A DNA stretch of 64,000 bases, taken from NCBI GenBank assembly GCA_001662655.1, contig KV460207.1; one strand, 5' to 3'. The stretch comes from Pseudogymnoascus verrucosus. Taxonomy: Eukaryota. Within the stretch, counting starts at the first letter, position 1; each line of letters begins with the position of its first letter. Shown in pieces: positions 34,191 to 47,964 of the stretch. Under the pieces are notes generated by a model. That model worked only from the letters and a program-made list of their open reading frames with translations. It had not been told where the DNA came from and made no database searches. The position numbers and the translations under genes were made by a program.

Positions 34191-36403
34191 ATGGCACCGA
34201 AGGTATCGAAGACGCCCAACAATGGCGATGAACCACGCCGACGACCCCTCCAAGCCTATAACTCATTTCCTCGAATCGACTCCGACCCCAAGGACTCCTC
34301 ACGACGGACCAGAGCCAGTACATCCGATGGCTCCAGCCCAAATGTCAATTATGAAAACGATGCTGAAATTGCCAATCAACCATCCGAATCCGATTCGACC
34401 CCTAGCACAATCGATCGGGCAAGGAAGGGGAGCGACAAGAGTGGTGAATTAGATACTTCAGAGCTTCCGTCAGATTTCGATGCACTTCCAGTTGAGCTCA
34501 TTAGCTTAACGGATACGTAAGTCTACACATAACAGTCAAGGGTGCGTATACTATACTGACCCAAAATAGCTTCGTCGATTCCCTATCCGCGAAAGTCCAC
34601 GCAACTCCCCCGACAGTCGACAGGCTATCCATGCTGTTGCAGGACTTCTACGTCCTAGCTGCCACCCATATAAACACGCACATATCAATACTCAGTTCTC
34701 GTCAGAATCGACGGGCCTCACCGTCTGCTTCAATATCTTCCAAATCATCTGCTGCCAGCAGGATAAGAGCGAGGGCGGTATCAATCGGCACCAAGGATCG
34801 GCCGAAAGCGTTAGAATCCCAAGACTCCGAACAACAACTTCTGACAGTGGAGGAAATTGCGGAGAAGAAGAAGGCGAGGAAGGTGCTGGAGCACAAGCGG
34901 TTGGCCTTGGAAGAGGCTGTTGAGCGGAGAGTATGTGACAAGGTATATACCAAGATATGGCGGCACCGGAGCACGCAAGACGAAGCGCAGGATGAGAAGC
35001 TACGTTCGAAGACAGCAGCGCTGGCCGTTGTGGGTATTGGACTGACAGACCTTGGCATTGACCTGGGCGAAGAAACCAGTTCAAATGACGCCTCCAAGGA
35101 GGAGGAAGTGAAATCCTGGCTCGAAGGGGCCAGGCAAGAGCTTCTTTTGATGAATTCCGACACGTCGCCATTGGGAAAGCTACAACATCTTAAGGCTGCA
35201 CACAAATGCATAGTCGAAACACTCTCGCACTTCCATCCTTCCTCCTCGGCAGACGAAATAATGCCAATGCTGATTTATACCTTGATCACCTCCCCAACAG
35301 AAGATTTAAACGTTATCAGCAACCTATACTTCATCCAGCGCTTCCGCTGCGAGTCTAAAATTGATGGAGAAGCTGCCTACTGCCTTACCAATCTTGAAGC
35401 CGCCATCACCTTCCTCGAGACTGTCGATTTGACCCAACTCCGAGCTGACGAGGCTCCTTCAGGACCTCCCAAGTCGTCAAGCCGTCCAACGACCCCTCGT
35501 TTCGAATCGCCTCATCCTATCTCTGCGAGCACGCCAGCTCAGGGCGTGAGCACCCCTTCTCTAAGTCCTGCGGTCATCAGCCCACCCAGCACGGACTCCC
35601 GATCAGGCACCGTACGCAAGTCAGATCTTTCCCCATCTATCCTACGCCCTCCACCAACAAACCGCCGATTGAGCGAGCTATTCCACCCCGCGCAGGCCCT
35701 CGGTGCAGCAGCTCAGGACGCGGTTCTCAATACCGCTGACCAGGGCATCAAGACCATCGGCAACAGTCTAGGCGAGAGCTACAACTTCCTCCTTGGCAAG
35801 CTCAAGGAGCGCCAAGAAGCCAAGCACGAAGTCGTCGTTCCCAAAACCCTCGATGAAGCGAGGAAACTCGTCGAGCCTAATCAGCCCGACGATGATGATG
35901 TAGACGCCGCCTCAGCCTCGCTAAACTCCATGGCTCCGCCAGCACCAAAATCAGACGACAAAGCCATCCACCTCATAGCCGGCCGCCCGCCCCGCGACCG
36001 CAGCATTGACAGCGCTAGTAGCTCTGCGAGCACTAAGCGCGCTACACCAGGCGTCACGGCGCCGTCTCTGCAGGTCGCGGATGGGATCCGTATGCTGAGC
36101 AACACGTTCAACCCCATGAGCAAATTTGCAGGCGGGATCGGGATGATGCGCGGGTTCGGGCGTGCGGCGCCTCCTGCGGCGGGGAAGGAGGAGATGGATG
36201 GCGCCGTGGAGGAGCTGACGACTGCGTTTCCTGACTTGGCTGCGGTGCTGCCCCCGGGAAAGGCGGGGGTGAAAGTTGACCCGCCGATTCAGCGGTTTAT
36301 GGAGGTTAGGGATCCGGGGGAGTTGAGGCTCAATGAGGTTGTGGAGTTGTTGAGGGATTATCGGAGGTTGGCGGGGTCGCTGAAGGAGTTGGGTGCGCTG
36401 TGA
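34191..36403 (+). CDS. VPS9-domain Rab5-family guanine exchange factor (Muk1-like), 2 coding exons
   Basis: SPLGKLQHLKAAHK, SADEIMPMLIYTLI, NLYFIQRFR, GEAAYCLTNLEAAITFLE. Intron 34517-34569, plus a probable 5'UTR intron 34111-34183. Confidence 0.9.
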
Positions 36404-36652
36404 GGGGATGGGGGAGATGTTATTTTCGTGCATATTTTCTGTTGTTATTTTGCATTTCAGCTAGGTGTTCATGGTGGCATTGGTGCTATGGGATGGGCTT
36501 AGATGTATTTCCTATGATTCGAAGCGTATAAATATTGTCACAAAAAGCGTGTGTGTAGAATCTTTAGAATATCTATATCATGGTTTGATATTATGACCAA
36601 TGTAGCTACCACTGTTCAACTCCCTGATGCTCTCGCCTTCTTTCTTTCATAT

Positions 36653-36961
36653 CTATGACAGGGCAGGCTTGCACGTTCCTGCACCGCCAAACGCGCGGCA
36701 TTGTATCTGAAAGTCATCAAATTTCTCATTGCCACAGCTGAATTGAAAATCAGCAGAGACAAAATTGTTTCCAATCCTTGCGTACTGTAGGCCGCCGCCG
36801 TATTGAAGTATATCAGGAAGTTGCTTGTCGTCGTAGTTGTCGTTGACGCATGTCATGACATCTCCAGCTGTGCCTCCTGGGCCCACTAATGTCACACTAC
36901 CACCAAGGACAGTGTGGAAAAGACAGAGCCCAACTGTAATAGAATACAGAGAGACCTGCAT
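36653..36961 (-). CDS. Small secreted cysteine-containing protein (102 aa)
   Basis: ATG at 36961, hydrophobic signal peptide MQVSLYSITVGLCLFHTVLG, four Cys in the mature part. Confidence 0.7.
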   Translation of the reverse strand: MQVSLYSITVGLCLFHTVLGGSVTLVGPGGTAGDVMTCVNDNYDDKQLPDILQYGGGLQYARIGNNFVSADFQFSCGNEKFDDFQIQCRAFGGAGTCKPALS

Positions 36962-37873
36962 CTTAAATGGGAGGGTGGTGTAGGAGTGCAATGGTTGAGA
37001 GTTGTAAACGGCGTTAAATATGAGAGCTTGAGGAGAAACGTGATGTCGGAGTATGATTGTTGAAGTTTATAACTGGCGTTAAATGTAGAGAGTTTAAGCG
37101 TTGCAGTTTATGACGGCTAACTAACATCAGAGGCCCTTGACCTTATGTTTATAGTAATTTCAGATTGTCACTCCCCCTAACCCTTTGATCTATAGCTTTA
37201 AGACCTACTCTAGCCCCCCTAAACAAAAGCACTCCTAACCTGCAGTCGTGGGCCTGTATTACTTCGTACGACTAATCCAATGTAACGAAGCTGGGCCTGT
37301 TCTGGCGCATAATTCCTATTGGTATACCACGATTATTGGGCAAGAGTTCAATGTATACAGAGTTGACTCATCTGATAAAAGAAGGGCCGTTTTTGGTCTT
37401 TGTTATAACAGATCGTGGAAGCGTTGGTTGGTCAGGCAGATCTATGTTGAGCCATTCCACACGTTTATACTGAGCTGAACTAAAACATGGCCAGCCGACG
37501 CCCGTTGTACGACTACGAGCAAACCCATCAAACAAATAATGGCATATGGGTGGTATGTTGACCATGAGATACTTGTAGGTATGCGACGATTTGAAGGCCA
37601 ATGTCATTTGGGCTGTTTGTCACTGTCTGGGGCCAAGGGGCTGGCGGGATTCGGTATTTCATGTTGGAAACTGCATGATTTAATGATATTATCATACATT
37701 CCAAAGGCAGAGCCTGTTATATAGACACGCATGTGGAATATTATGCTATACAGTGGCGCACATGTAAAATAAAATGAAATCTAAATACGCAAAGATGCGC
37801 AGGCTAACAACAAACTCCCTTTCTATATTCCCCCCCCCCCAAAAAACCCCCAATCATCATTCACAGCCATATT

Positions 37874-39468
37874 TTAATACGCAGCCTGGTGGGTAAGAGC
37901 AGGACAAAGCGCGATAAAAGTATGGATCAAACTGCGGATTTGTTAGTCTAACTCCCAGAGGTAGGGAGCAACCGAGACTTACAAAGTTATTGCCGCCATC
38001 AACACAGCCACCATATGCCTTGGCTTCGTCGTCTGAGCAGCCCACTTGTTATTCTCCTCATCCATCGCAATGATACCCATCGTGCACGTAAACACCGAGT
38101 AGGCGAGGACAACCGCCATCGTTGAGCTGAAGCGGCGGCACGCCTTCCCTGTGGGGGCGTCACCCGCAACAGCGCAGACACACAGGCCAAGGAATGCGAG
38201 GACTTGTGCAGCGAGCTAAATGGGGGTTAGATAAATGCTCGTATTGTATATTTCAAGACGGGGTAGGGGAACGCACGAATACGGTTTGGAGTGGGAACCC
38301 AGAGGCGCTCCATGTAGCAGTGATGTGCTCCATTTCACTGTGCCAGCTGTACCACATCCCGTTCCAGATGTTCATCGAAGCACCGACGGCGGACATTATA
38401 GCGGTAATGAGGTACAAGCCTGAGGCTGCGGTGTGGCCGCGGCGGTGCAACCAGTACAAGACGGTGCCTGGGGAAGCGGTGCCACGGGCGAGGGTGGCGA
38501 TGGCGGTGAGAATGCGGGTGGTTATTATGACAAGGTAGATGGCACTGGAGGGGTCAGTGATGACGATACAGAGGGGGGAGATGGCTTACGCAATAGGGTA
38601 GACACAGAGTAGGCCGGCGAGTTTGTATTGTCGTGCTAACTCACTATAGCCTTTTGTTAGCGACTGTATAGAATAGATGGGGGGTAGTGGTTTGTCGAGG
38701 AGGGGCAGTAGCTCACCTCAATGTGTTTATACGCTGTTCAAGTTGATCATGGCTCCCAAAGGTGTCCAGAACCTCTTGCCACTTGTATCCATCCATAGCG
38801 ATCGAGACGGTTGGGAAGTATATGAGCAGCACGATCATGGTGATTTCGTAGATGCTGCTGAGCATTGGCACGATGCTGCGTCGGCATACGCGAACGCTGA
38901 ATTGCATGACAAGCCATACTATCGGGACTACGAGCTATTCAGAATGTCAGAGCTGCGCCATTGTCCATGATTATAGGCTCCTTACCAGAGGGAGTACATC
39001 TGCGGCTCCGTTCGACCAGAAGCGTTTGTATTCATAGCCCGCCCATTGGTCTCCACCAAGTTTATTCGCCTTCAACAGCTCCTTCGTCTGGTACAAGAAC
39101 CGTCTCCCCGTAACCGCAAGTAAGACGGCAACAAAATGGAGCAACAAAGTCCACAAACTGCCAGCAGGCTCGCGGACAAGTAGGCTCAACACAGTCCAGC
39201 CCTCCGGGGCTGCGGCTACCCTTCCCTCATTGCGCTCATCGAGGCATAATCCAGCCTCGCGCTCTTTCCTACGCAGGAAGCACTCTTCTTCACCAGGATC
39301 GATAAGGTGGAGTTCGACGAGGTTGTGGATAATATGTGCCTCTTCTTCCTCTTCGTCGGTGAGGCGTAGCTTGTGAATGGGTTCCCCGACTAGCTTCTCG
39401 TCGACGGCCAGCATATCGTCGCTCGCGTGGCGGACCGCGCCGGCGCTCTTCTGCCAGAAGAACGGCAT
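37874..39468 (-). CDS. Uncharacterised polytopic membrane protein (437 aa, about 8 TM), 6 exons
   Basis: Manual splicing with five GT-AG introns (38935-38985, 38644-38716, 38545-38589, 38216-38276, 37932-37982), each with a CTRAC/CTAAC branch point, gives a 1314-nt stop-free CDS. Confidence 0.8.
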
Positions 39469-40029
39469 CGTTGGTGCTGTGGTGTTGTTGTTGATGAGGG
39501 CGAAGATAGGGAATGGGAGGGAGGAAATACGTTGACGGTCTCGACGCTATGATTGTTTGACACCCATGTTCCTTGGCGTGTTGGACCTTCTAGATTGAGG
39601 TATCGCAGCCGATCGAACATATTTTACTGGGCCAGGTCCGGGTCCTCTAAGGGTCGGTTGATCAGGGGTATGCATGTGTGGTTTCCACATAAACAAGGCT
39701 GCGGGCCGGTTAAATAGTCTGGCCAGTAAAAGCGCTGGGAATGTGACAACGTGGAATTCTGCACAACATCTTGGAGCGAAGGCACGAAAAATATGAGTAC
39801 ACAGAGACAACGATAGATTAACAAAACATGCATCTATATTTCAAAATGCGCCCAATAACTATACGCCAAATAATAACTTTACGCTAGATAACAATATGTG
39901 ACGCTTAAATAACGATATATGCCTCCAGTCCCAAGCAGGATCCATTCCAAAACGCCTATACATGCTCAATATCAACTTACACACACATATCGCCTCAAGT
40001 CGCGATATTCACCTTCTCACATAGCCATT

Positions 40030-43000
40030 TTATGGCTTAGACAACTGCTCTTTCCTGAAGAACCTCAAAAATCCAAGAGTAATAATAAGCTGGAAGATCA
40101 GCCCGACCCAGAACCATGGCTTGCTCAAGCCCGGCAACGGTCCAACCGAGAAGTCGGGGAATAAATCGCCCTGCCCTTCCCTGTTTGGCGATGTAGCCCT
40201 CGCAACCATTGTTGCCACGGACCCAAAGATCTGCGCTCCAACAAGCGTGTACGCGATGTGCAACCTCGTCAGAGTCTGGAGGAGGATCATACCGAACCCT
40301 ACACCCTGGAAGGCGTCGAGGACACCGAGCCACAGCCACAGCGAGCGTGAAACAAGTGCGGATGCGAGCGGCGATCCGGTCCAAGGAAGGAGGATGCCGA
40401 TGTTGGAGGTGGCCCAGAGGATCTGAGCCCAGCGGGGTGCGATGAGACCGATTGCGAAGAGAGGGAGAATCCAGGAGTGGCCTTGAGAGAGCTTGGCGAA
40501 GAGGAGGAGAAGGAGGGCCCACACGATTATGAAGAAGAAAACGGCGAGGAGGGCGATCTGGTAGATCTTCGCCGCGTTGCTGCTCCAGAGGTATTGCCAG
40601 TTGCGACCTGTGGAGGCGGAAAGGAAGTAATTTTGAATGATGATGACAATAAAAAACCAGATAACGATGTTACGGCGCATGATGGCCTTGTAGAATGAAG
40701 GTACATGGCCCGGAGCTTGTCGGTAGTAAGATGGTAGTCCGAAGTAGCAGAGTGCGCCGATACCCCAGATGAGGCAAGCAATAGGGATCATGATGCCAGT
40801 GAATTTGAGGCTGGTGGTTGTAATCATGCTATCGGAGAGGGCGGCACCGGTGCCCAAAATGTTGTTTTGGTAGTTACCCCATGCCCAGAGAGCAACGACG
40901 TAGATTTGCTGGGTGCCTTGGATGACACAGGCACGGAAAACCCAGGATTTGATAGGAGAACCTAGACATGTAAGTTAGTTTCGAGTTGTGAAAGGAATGG
41001 GATAATAAGTCAACGTACCTCCTTCGTCACCGAAGTTCAGAGCGAAGAAAATTGAACCTGAGGGCGACGCGGCAGCATACAATCCAGTTGCAATATTCTC
41101 TAGCCAAGTTTGAGCAACTTTAGAGCTATTGGCGACTGGTACAAGGCCGAGCAAGAAGAATGCAGATCCGTAGAAGATGAAAGGAATGGAGAGAACATAG
41201 ACAGATGCGGCTTTGCGGAACAAAATCCACCAAATTACCGAAAAGACGATGTAGATAGCTCCAGTAGCGTAGATAATGCTGGCTGAACTGGCTGTTCCAG
41301 AGAGCAGGGTAACTTGATACGAGTTGGCAGCCATGATCTGACCGAAGGCAAGGACGAAACTGTAGACGGGCCAGTCGCCGATACGGCGCTGCATCAAGTA
41401 TCTGACACCAGTGGGAGGCTTGTAGTCCTGTCCAAGTAGCCACTCGTCATCATCATCACCCATGTTGTAGGCTTCGTGCTCTCCATCGTATAGAACAGGG
41501 GTGGGGCTTGCGCGGTTCTTCTTGGTCAGGACAGATGACCCGCTGTCCGACCGATTTCTAGATCTAGATCGAGAACGGGAGCGGGATCCTGAGCGGGAGC
41601 GGTCGCTTGAGCGTCCCAGCTTAGCATTTTTGAAATCGCTATACCACTCTCGCTCTGACTTTACGAGGTAGTCTTCAATGCAAAGTGCATCTTCAGAGTT
41701 ACCAGCTGAAAGGTCGGCAAGTTTGCCCTCGAAAGCCTTGTAGTATTCGCCCTTGCTGTCAGTGAAATCGGGGTCGACCTTCTGAAGAAGGAAGTCCTTT
41801 TTGTCTCCCACCACAGTGTTCAAGCTTAGCATAGAGACAGGGCGGGAGCGAGATTGATAGTGAATGCCCAGGCCATCCCTAGTTCGAGCTTGGTTACCGA
41901 GTAGACCATCTCCCTCGTCTCTTGACGGCCCATCCTCAGCCTCAGGGGGGGTCGGAATATCGCGAGACAACAAAGAAACGGGCTTAGAAGGGTCTGAGAT
42001 AAGGCTGTCACGGTCACGTCCGTCTCCGAGGTCGTTGTCGTCGTCGCCCAGGTCGAGAGGACTGCGGCGGCGGTCAAAGTCTGACTGATTTAAGGTAATT
42101 TGTGAAGTGGTGGCAGTGCTGGGTATGGAGTTATCCGGGTTGAAGTAGACAGGGTGCAAAGGAGGGGAGTTTCCGCCTGCTGGCGTCGCGTCCATGCTCG
42201 CCGATCGAGAGTACATGCCGCTGACCGGTCGAGAATATGTGCCACTGTTTCCGCGGGAGCGACGTCCCGGTAATGGCAGACTCAAGCCGCTCCTAGGGCC
42301 ACCTCTTTCGACTTCCTTAACGTGGGTATTAATCGCACTCGACTGAAGGTTCTCTAATTGTTCAACCCAGGCGGCGACGGGGAATCGTTGCTTGGCAGAT
42401 CTAGCTCGCATCTTTCGGCGGGTTTCGAGCTTGGATGCCAAAGCTTCCTTGATCGATCCCTTGAACTGGCTAAGCATGTGAGCGGTAGTAGTCGACTCGA
42501 CAGTGAACCACCAGCCGGGCATTTGACCGAGACCACCAACGCGAGCTCCAACACCAAGAGCACCCTTGCGACCGAACTCGACAGCGACCAAACCGAACGG
42601 CTCATCACGGGATGGGATAAGAGCAAACTCGGCACCACTGAAAATGAAGGGTGGGAGAGCAGTGAACTCGGGCTTCGAGTACACACGACCAGGGTATTTC
42701 TTCATCATGACATCCAACTTGAGAGCAGCGAATTTACCGTAAAGATCGATGACCGGACCAACAGTGAGGAGCTGTACCTTGGGGTTGCTCTCCAAAACGG
42801 CGGGGAAGACATCGGCAATCAAATCAATACCCTTTTGCATACTCCAGCGACCAACAAAGACGAACAGTTCGGCATCCGGGTCTTGGTTTAAGCCAGCCCA
42901 TTCCTGAGCCTGACCCTTGAGTCCAGGGCGAGCAGATTCGAAGGCCTCATCAATTACAACCTTGCTATCGTCCTGTTTACCAGACCACTCACCAAGATCC

Positions 43001-46000
43001 GTAGGATCAGGGTTGGGGAGTTGCCCAATCTTCTTCAGACCCCAGAAAATGGGGTAGCGAGCGTGAGAACGGGCACCATATTTGGCACTGACACCGACGG
43101 CCCCAAAGCCCTTCTGATGAAGGCGGATATACGAGGCTCCAGCGTGGAGCAGATTGAAGACGTCTCCGAATTGGACGTATCTTTCCACGATCTCGGAGGG
43201 GAGGTTGAAGACTGAACAGACCTCGTTGAATTCCTTGGCATTTCGCAGTGGCCATAGACCTTGAAATTCGGCATTGTGGAGAGACAAGCAAACTGGAATA
43301 GTGCGATCTGGAAGCATGTAAAGAGGCGCCGCAGCTCCGTGATAATCGTTGATATGGTACAGATCAATGGGGAAACGTGCAATTGCAAGGGCAATACACT
43401 GATTCCAGGTGGAGTAGTAGACGGCGGATTCGAGATCATCCATTCGAGCCGGGTAGGGATCAGTCTTTGTCTGCTTCCTGAAGACGGGAGCATCCAATAG
43501 GACGTATGTAATGTTGCGCAGAATGTGGTATTGGACTTCGACCTCATAGGTGGAACCAAGAATAGTCACAGACATAGGCTCAGCACGTTCAGCTTCGGGG
43601 TATTCGACTCCACCGACACAAGGAACAACCCAAATCAGGTCCTGATGGCCAAGATTCTTTCCCATAAGTTGCGCCATGACACCAAGACCACCAATCTTGA
43701 TCTTGATAGCCCAATCTTCAATATCGTACTCCATAGTAGCAATAAGGATGGTTCTTCTGTCTGCAGCTGCACCAGCGGCACCAGCTGCGCCAGGCACGAG
43801 GGACAGGCGAGAGGCAGCTGCGCTGCCAGGAATCAGTGCCCTTGACTTCTGCTTACCAGCGAATCTCTTTCCAATAAATGCAGGGACCAGAGCTCCCATG
43901 CCCTTGACCCTGACACCGACCTTGTTGAACTTAACAGAGTAAAATGCGCCCATAAATCCCCAAACAGCGAAGAGGCCAGTTAGGACTGGGGCCACTGTGC
44001 TAACGACGAAAACAACGATCTGGAACCACATGTTTCCGGTTGGCAGAATTGTATATGCAAGCGTGCCGTCATTTACGGACAACCTGTATCCCAGATACGG
44101 CATTGCCGGTGCATCCTTGAGATCAAACGATGCAAGCCGGAGAGTGGGCGGAGGCGTGCGGTCGAGGATTTGATCGTTGTCAATATCGCCGAAGACAGCG
44201 GTCTGATCGGGTAACCCATCAGGATTAATACCCCATTGATTAAGCTGAAGCTGTCCTGGCCACTCAGAGATGAGGTCATATTTCCACCAACCATCTTTGT
44301 CCAGACGGAAGGTATTGAGGATACCAGAATCGGCACCAAAGCCATTGAAGGAGCCGAGGGCGAACAGGTTTGGGATTCTGCGGGGCGGCGAGTCGAGATC
44401 ACCATGTTGGACGTAATCAGAGCTGCCAGAGTCCCTGTTATAATACTCCACAATTACATGCTCGCCCTTCCACTTTTGCTTGGCTGTTCCTGTCCAGTTC
44501 TTGGGCGGAATATTAACTTCCCCGCCCTGGTACAGGAACCACTCGCTATAATTCGTCCAGTCCAAGGTATACCTCCACGAGTTAGCTCCAGCAGCCTTGT
44601 GACTAATGAAAAGGGTGCCATTGTCATGGCGCTGTAGCAGACTAGAGCTGTAGTTTGCCGAACGTGGGAATGCAATCGGGTTGTCCTGTGCGCCAGTACG
44701 GAAAAGGAACTTATCGGTCGACCCAGTTGATTTGGTCCCAGTTTCCATTGCAACGTCCTTAACAGTGATAGCGTGTACACCATGGCCGACACCAGTGAGT
44801 GTGGCACTGAACTTCCAAATGCTCGGGATATTTCCTGGGACATCAAGTTCAACCTGACGGGGCACATTGGCGCACTTTATGGAGCCTTCGAGTATAGAAG
44901 CAGTTGTAGCATCTTCTGTTGTGGATGTGATTGTAATTCCTTCAGTCACACTAGTACAGTTCATTTCGTTCGAGAAGTATAGCGCGATTTCGATATCTTC
45001 TTGCTGGCCAAGTGGAACAGTCGCATTCAGTCGTGCATCGTGCCCTGGGACAAACCTTGTTATCATAGGGTTGGGTGCAACCCATTTGGCCTTTGGTACA
45101 TAAGCCCTAAATTCGTAGGGCTTTAGGGAGACTGTCTTTAAGCATCCGCTGGTGAACTTGGGAGGCGGTGCAGTAGTTGTTGCTTTAGGCTTTGTCGTCG
45201 TCTTGGTGCTAGAAATATTGGCTTTCCCGGTTGTAGAAGCCTTCTTACCAGTGCCAGTTTCGGTTGAAGATTTGTCTTCGGCAGTACTAGCCTTTGTGGC
45301 AGTTGGAAGATCGCTGGCTGCAGTATCGGTCGCAGTTTCGGCTGCAGTTTCGGCCACAGTCTCTGCTACGGTTTGGGCGGCGGCTTCAACAGCATTGACA
45401 GGTTCAGCTCTAGCTTCCACTGCTGCGGTAAAATCCAAAGAACCAAATCCAGGCACCACTTTTCCACTCAGAAGGGTAACCTCGTCGTATGGGTAGAATA
45501 AATTCCTGAGAACCGTTCCTGGCGGGAAAGGGGCCACCAATGCAAGATCGTCGACAAGGCAATTGAATGCGTAATTGACGGTCACATTGTCGTTGTGGTA
45601 CAAAAGCCAGACTTCTTGTTCGCCCTGTCCGCCAGCGGTACTAAGGTCCTGGATTTTTGGAAGTCCGCTTCGGAAGGCACTCCAAATACCTACTTCTCTT
45701 GTTTCCTCGCCAATTGGAATTTGCTGGGTCTGGTTTGAAAGTGCCTGAAGGAACAATCCATCGTTAAGAACTGGGTAATTGAGTCGCATTTGGTGCATGC
45801 CTTTAATGATATTGCGGATCGGATGTGAGGGGTCTCGATGGTCCAACGAAACCTTATCGTCTTCACAACCTTTCTGGGCATTAACATCCCCAAAATGAGA
45901 ATATTGCGAGGAACTCAAGTTGTAACATCCGTGGGCCTGCCACGCCACAGACGCAGACATAGCTTGTCTACCAAAGAGGTAATTGTCGGCTGTATTATCA

Positions 46001-47673
46001 AGCAGGTAGAGTCCTTGCTCTTCTCCATAGTACATTAAGGGGATACCGGGCATATGGATTGTGGTGATAAAGCTGCCCAAGAGCTGCTTCTCAACGCCAT
46101 CTTGGATTGCAGGCCAGCGGAAAACATCTAGATACGTAAGTTATGGTGCCTCGAGGGTCATTGTGGTGGCTTACCTTGATTTGCTGTTCCGTACATGTGC
46201 CTTGGGTCCAGTTTGTTGGTATTTGGGTTGACCAAGTCGTTACTGCGCAGCAACACGTTCCACGTTTCCACCCAGTCTGCTGGGACATCATAGAAACTGG
46301 CATCAAAGCCTTGCATTCCAAGAAACCTCGTCAGGGATCGATAAACCGAGTAATGAAAGGCCGCAGCATCATAAGCTCCATGGTCTTCATCGCGCATGAA
46401 AAGAGTCGCATTTGAGGCATTGTTGAGCTTTACTGCCTCATCCAGAGTGATATTCCCGTATGCCTCTGGAGTACGTCCACGGCCCAGATAAAGACTTCCG
46501 AATGTGTTTCCTCCGGAAATTTCTCCAGCAATGAAAAAGTTGTCTTTGCCAACCTCGCGGGCGCATTCTCGGATGCTCAGATTGATTTCTGCGAGCGCAT
46601 CCAGGGTGATTTGTGTTCCCTTATCGAAGCGATAACCATCGATATCCAGCTTTTGGATCGTCAGGCAAGCGAAGTTCTCCAGTTTCTCGCGGACTGAAGG
46701 CATCCATTCCCTGAGGCGATCCTGCACCGATTGATATTTTCCCAGCTATAATCTCTAATTAGCTTCAATTTCTCCTACTGTGGATCACAAGGGCATTTGC
46801 TAACCTGGTTTTGCCAGTCCGGGAAAAATCCGACACCTGGGATATCTCCCGCCTGGTCAAATTCCGAGTCGAAGCATCCGCCCAATTGGCTCAGGACATC
46901 TTGTCCCACCTCATGGCCAGTGTCGTCCCAAAATGTTGGGTATGCGCATGTCTCATTGTATTTGTCTTCGGTCTGAGGGTGGAAGTCGTGGTATTGCCTG
47001 GTCTTGTCGCGGAGTACGACTTTATATTCGGTTGGCTTGAATGGCGCCGAGTCGTTTAAATGGCCCTCGAATCCGTGCAAGTCACCCATCGTGGACATTG
47101 TCGTATCAACAATTATGTACACTATCAAAGCACCACAAATTAGCCACCACAACGCGCAATGGGGGTCAACATGGACTGCTTACTGCCTCGTCTGTGGATT
47201 TCGTCCACCATCTCTCGGTATTTTGCGATGTCACCATAGTGCTGGTCCAGAAGTGTGAAGTCCAACGGGGAGTAGGAATCTGCGCCCCAGGGGAAATTTA
47301 ACCAAGGCGTGCCAGCAATATACAGGCCTTTCACGCCCATTCCTGCGATATAGTCCAAGCTGTCGATCAGGCCCTGGATATCTCCGCCGTGTCGCAACAT
47401 CGTTTGCATCGAGTCGTGCTCGAAGAGCGTCCCGTTGATATTATCGTTTGACGGGTCGCCATTGACGAATTTGTCCAGGAACAAGGTGTAAAATGGGAAT
47501 CGCCAGTTCGTCGGCGATGGGTGATATGTGTGCCCAGCCCATTTGTTGTTGACGGCACCAAGCGTGGGGTCGTCTTCGTTCAGATTGTATCCAACATACT
47601 CTGCCTCATATCTGAGCGCATTGCTCCCCAAAGCATACAACCCCCATAACGCAATTCGCAACAGCGAAGCCAT
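40030..47673 (-). CDS. AGS1: Cell-wall alpha-1,3-glucan synthase (GH13 + GT5 + multi-pass TM), 5 coding exons
   Basis: Signal peptide. GH13 domain (WRFPFYTLFLDKFVNGDPSND, DGYRFDK, AGEISGG, NQDVFRWP), one TM, GT5 domain (KIGGLG, GRWSMQKG, SRDEPFGLVAVE), and a C-terminal multi-TM region ending FFRKEQLSKP. Introns near 47123-47184, 46746-46805, 46128-46174 and 40962-41018. Confidence 0.97.
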
Positions 47674-47847
47674 GGCTGGCGACGCCTATCCCGCCTCTGC
47701 AGGCAGAACTGGGGAAATGAAGAAAGGTATGGTCTACAGTACAAAGCCACAGGAGCTCGCTCGCGAAAGTGGTCAGCGAGTTGGAGCTGCAGGTATTCGT
47801 GGACCAGAGGCAAAACCTAAAGGCAGTGGTTTTGAGGATTAAGAAAT

Positions 47848-47964
47848 CTGCAAGACAAGAAACAAAAGTTAAATCGGGGGCGGAAGGAAGCACATATTTT
47901 TGGATGTCGCCAAAATATTACCCAAGTGGGCGGGCTGGCGCACGGTGTGCACATCACTTTTATA
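47848..47964 (-). promoter_or_regulatory. Candidate AGS1 TATA box and 5'UTR intron
   Basis: TATAAAA on the - strand at 47958-47964. GTAATA donor at about 47921 and a pyrimidine tract ending TTGCAG at 47848. Confidence 0.45.
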
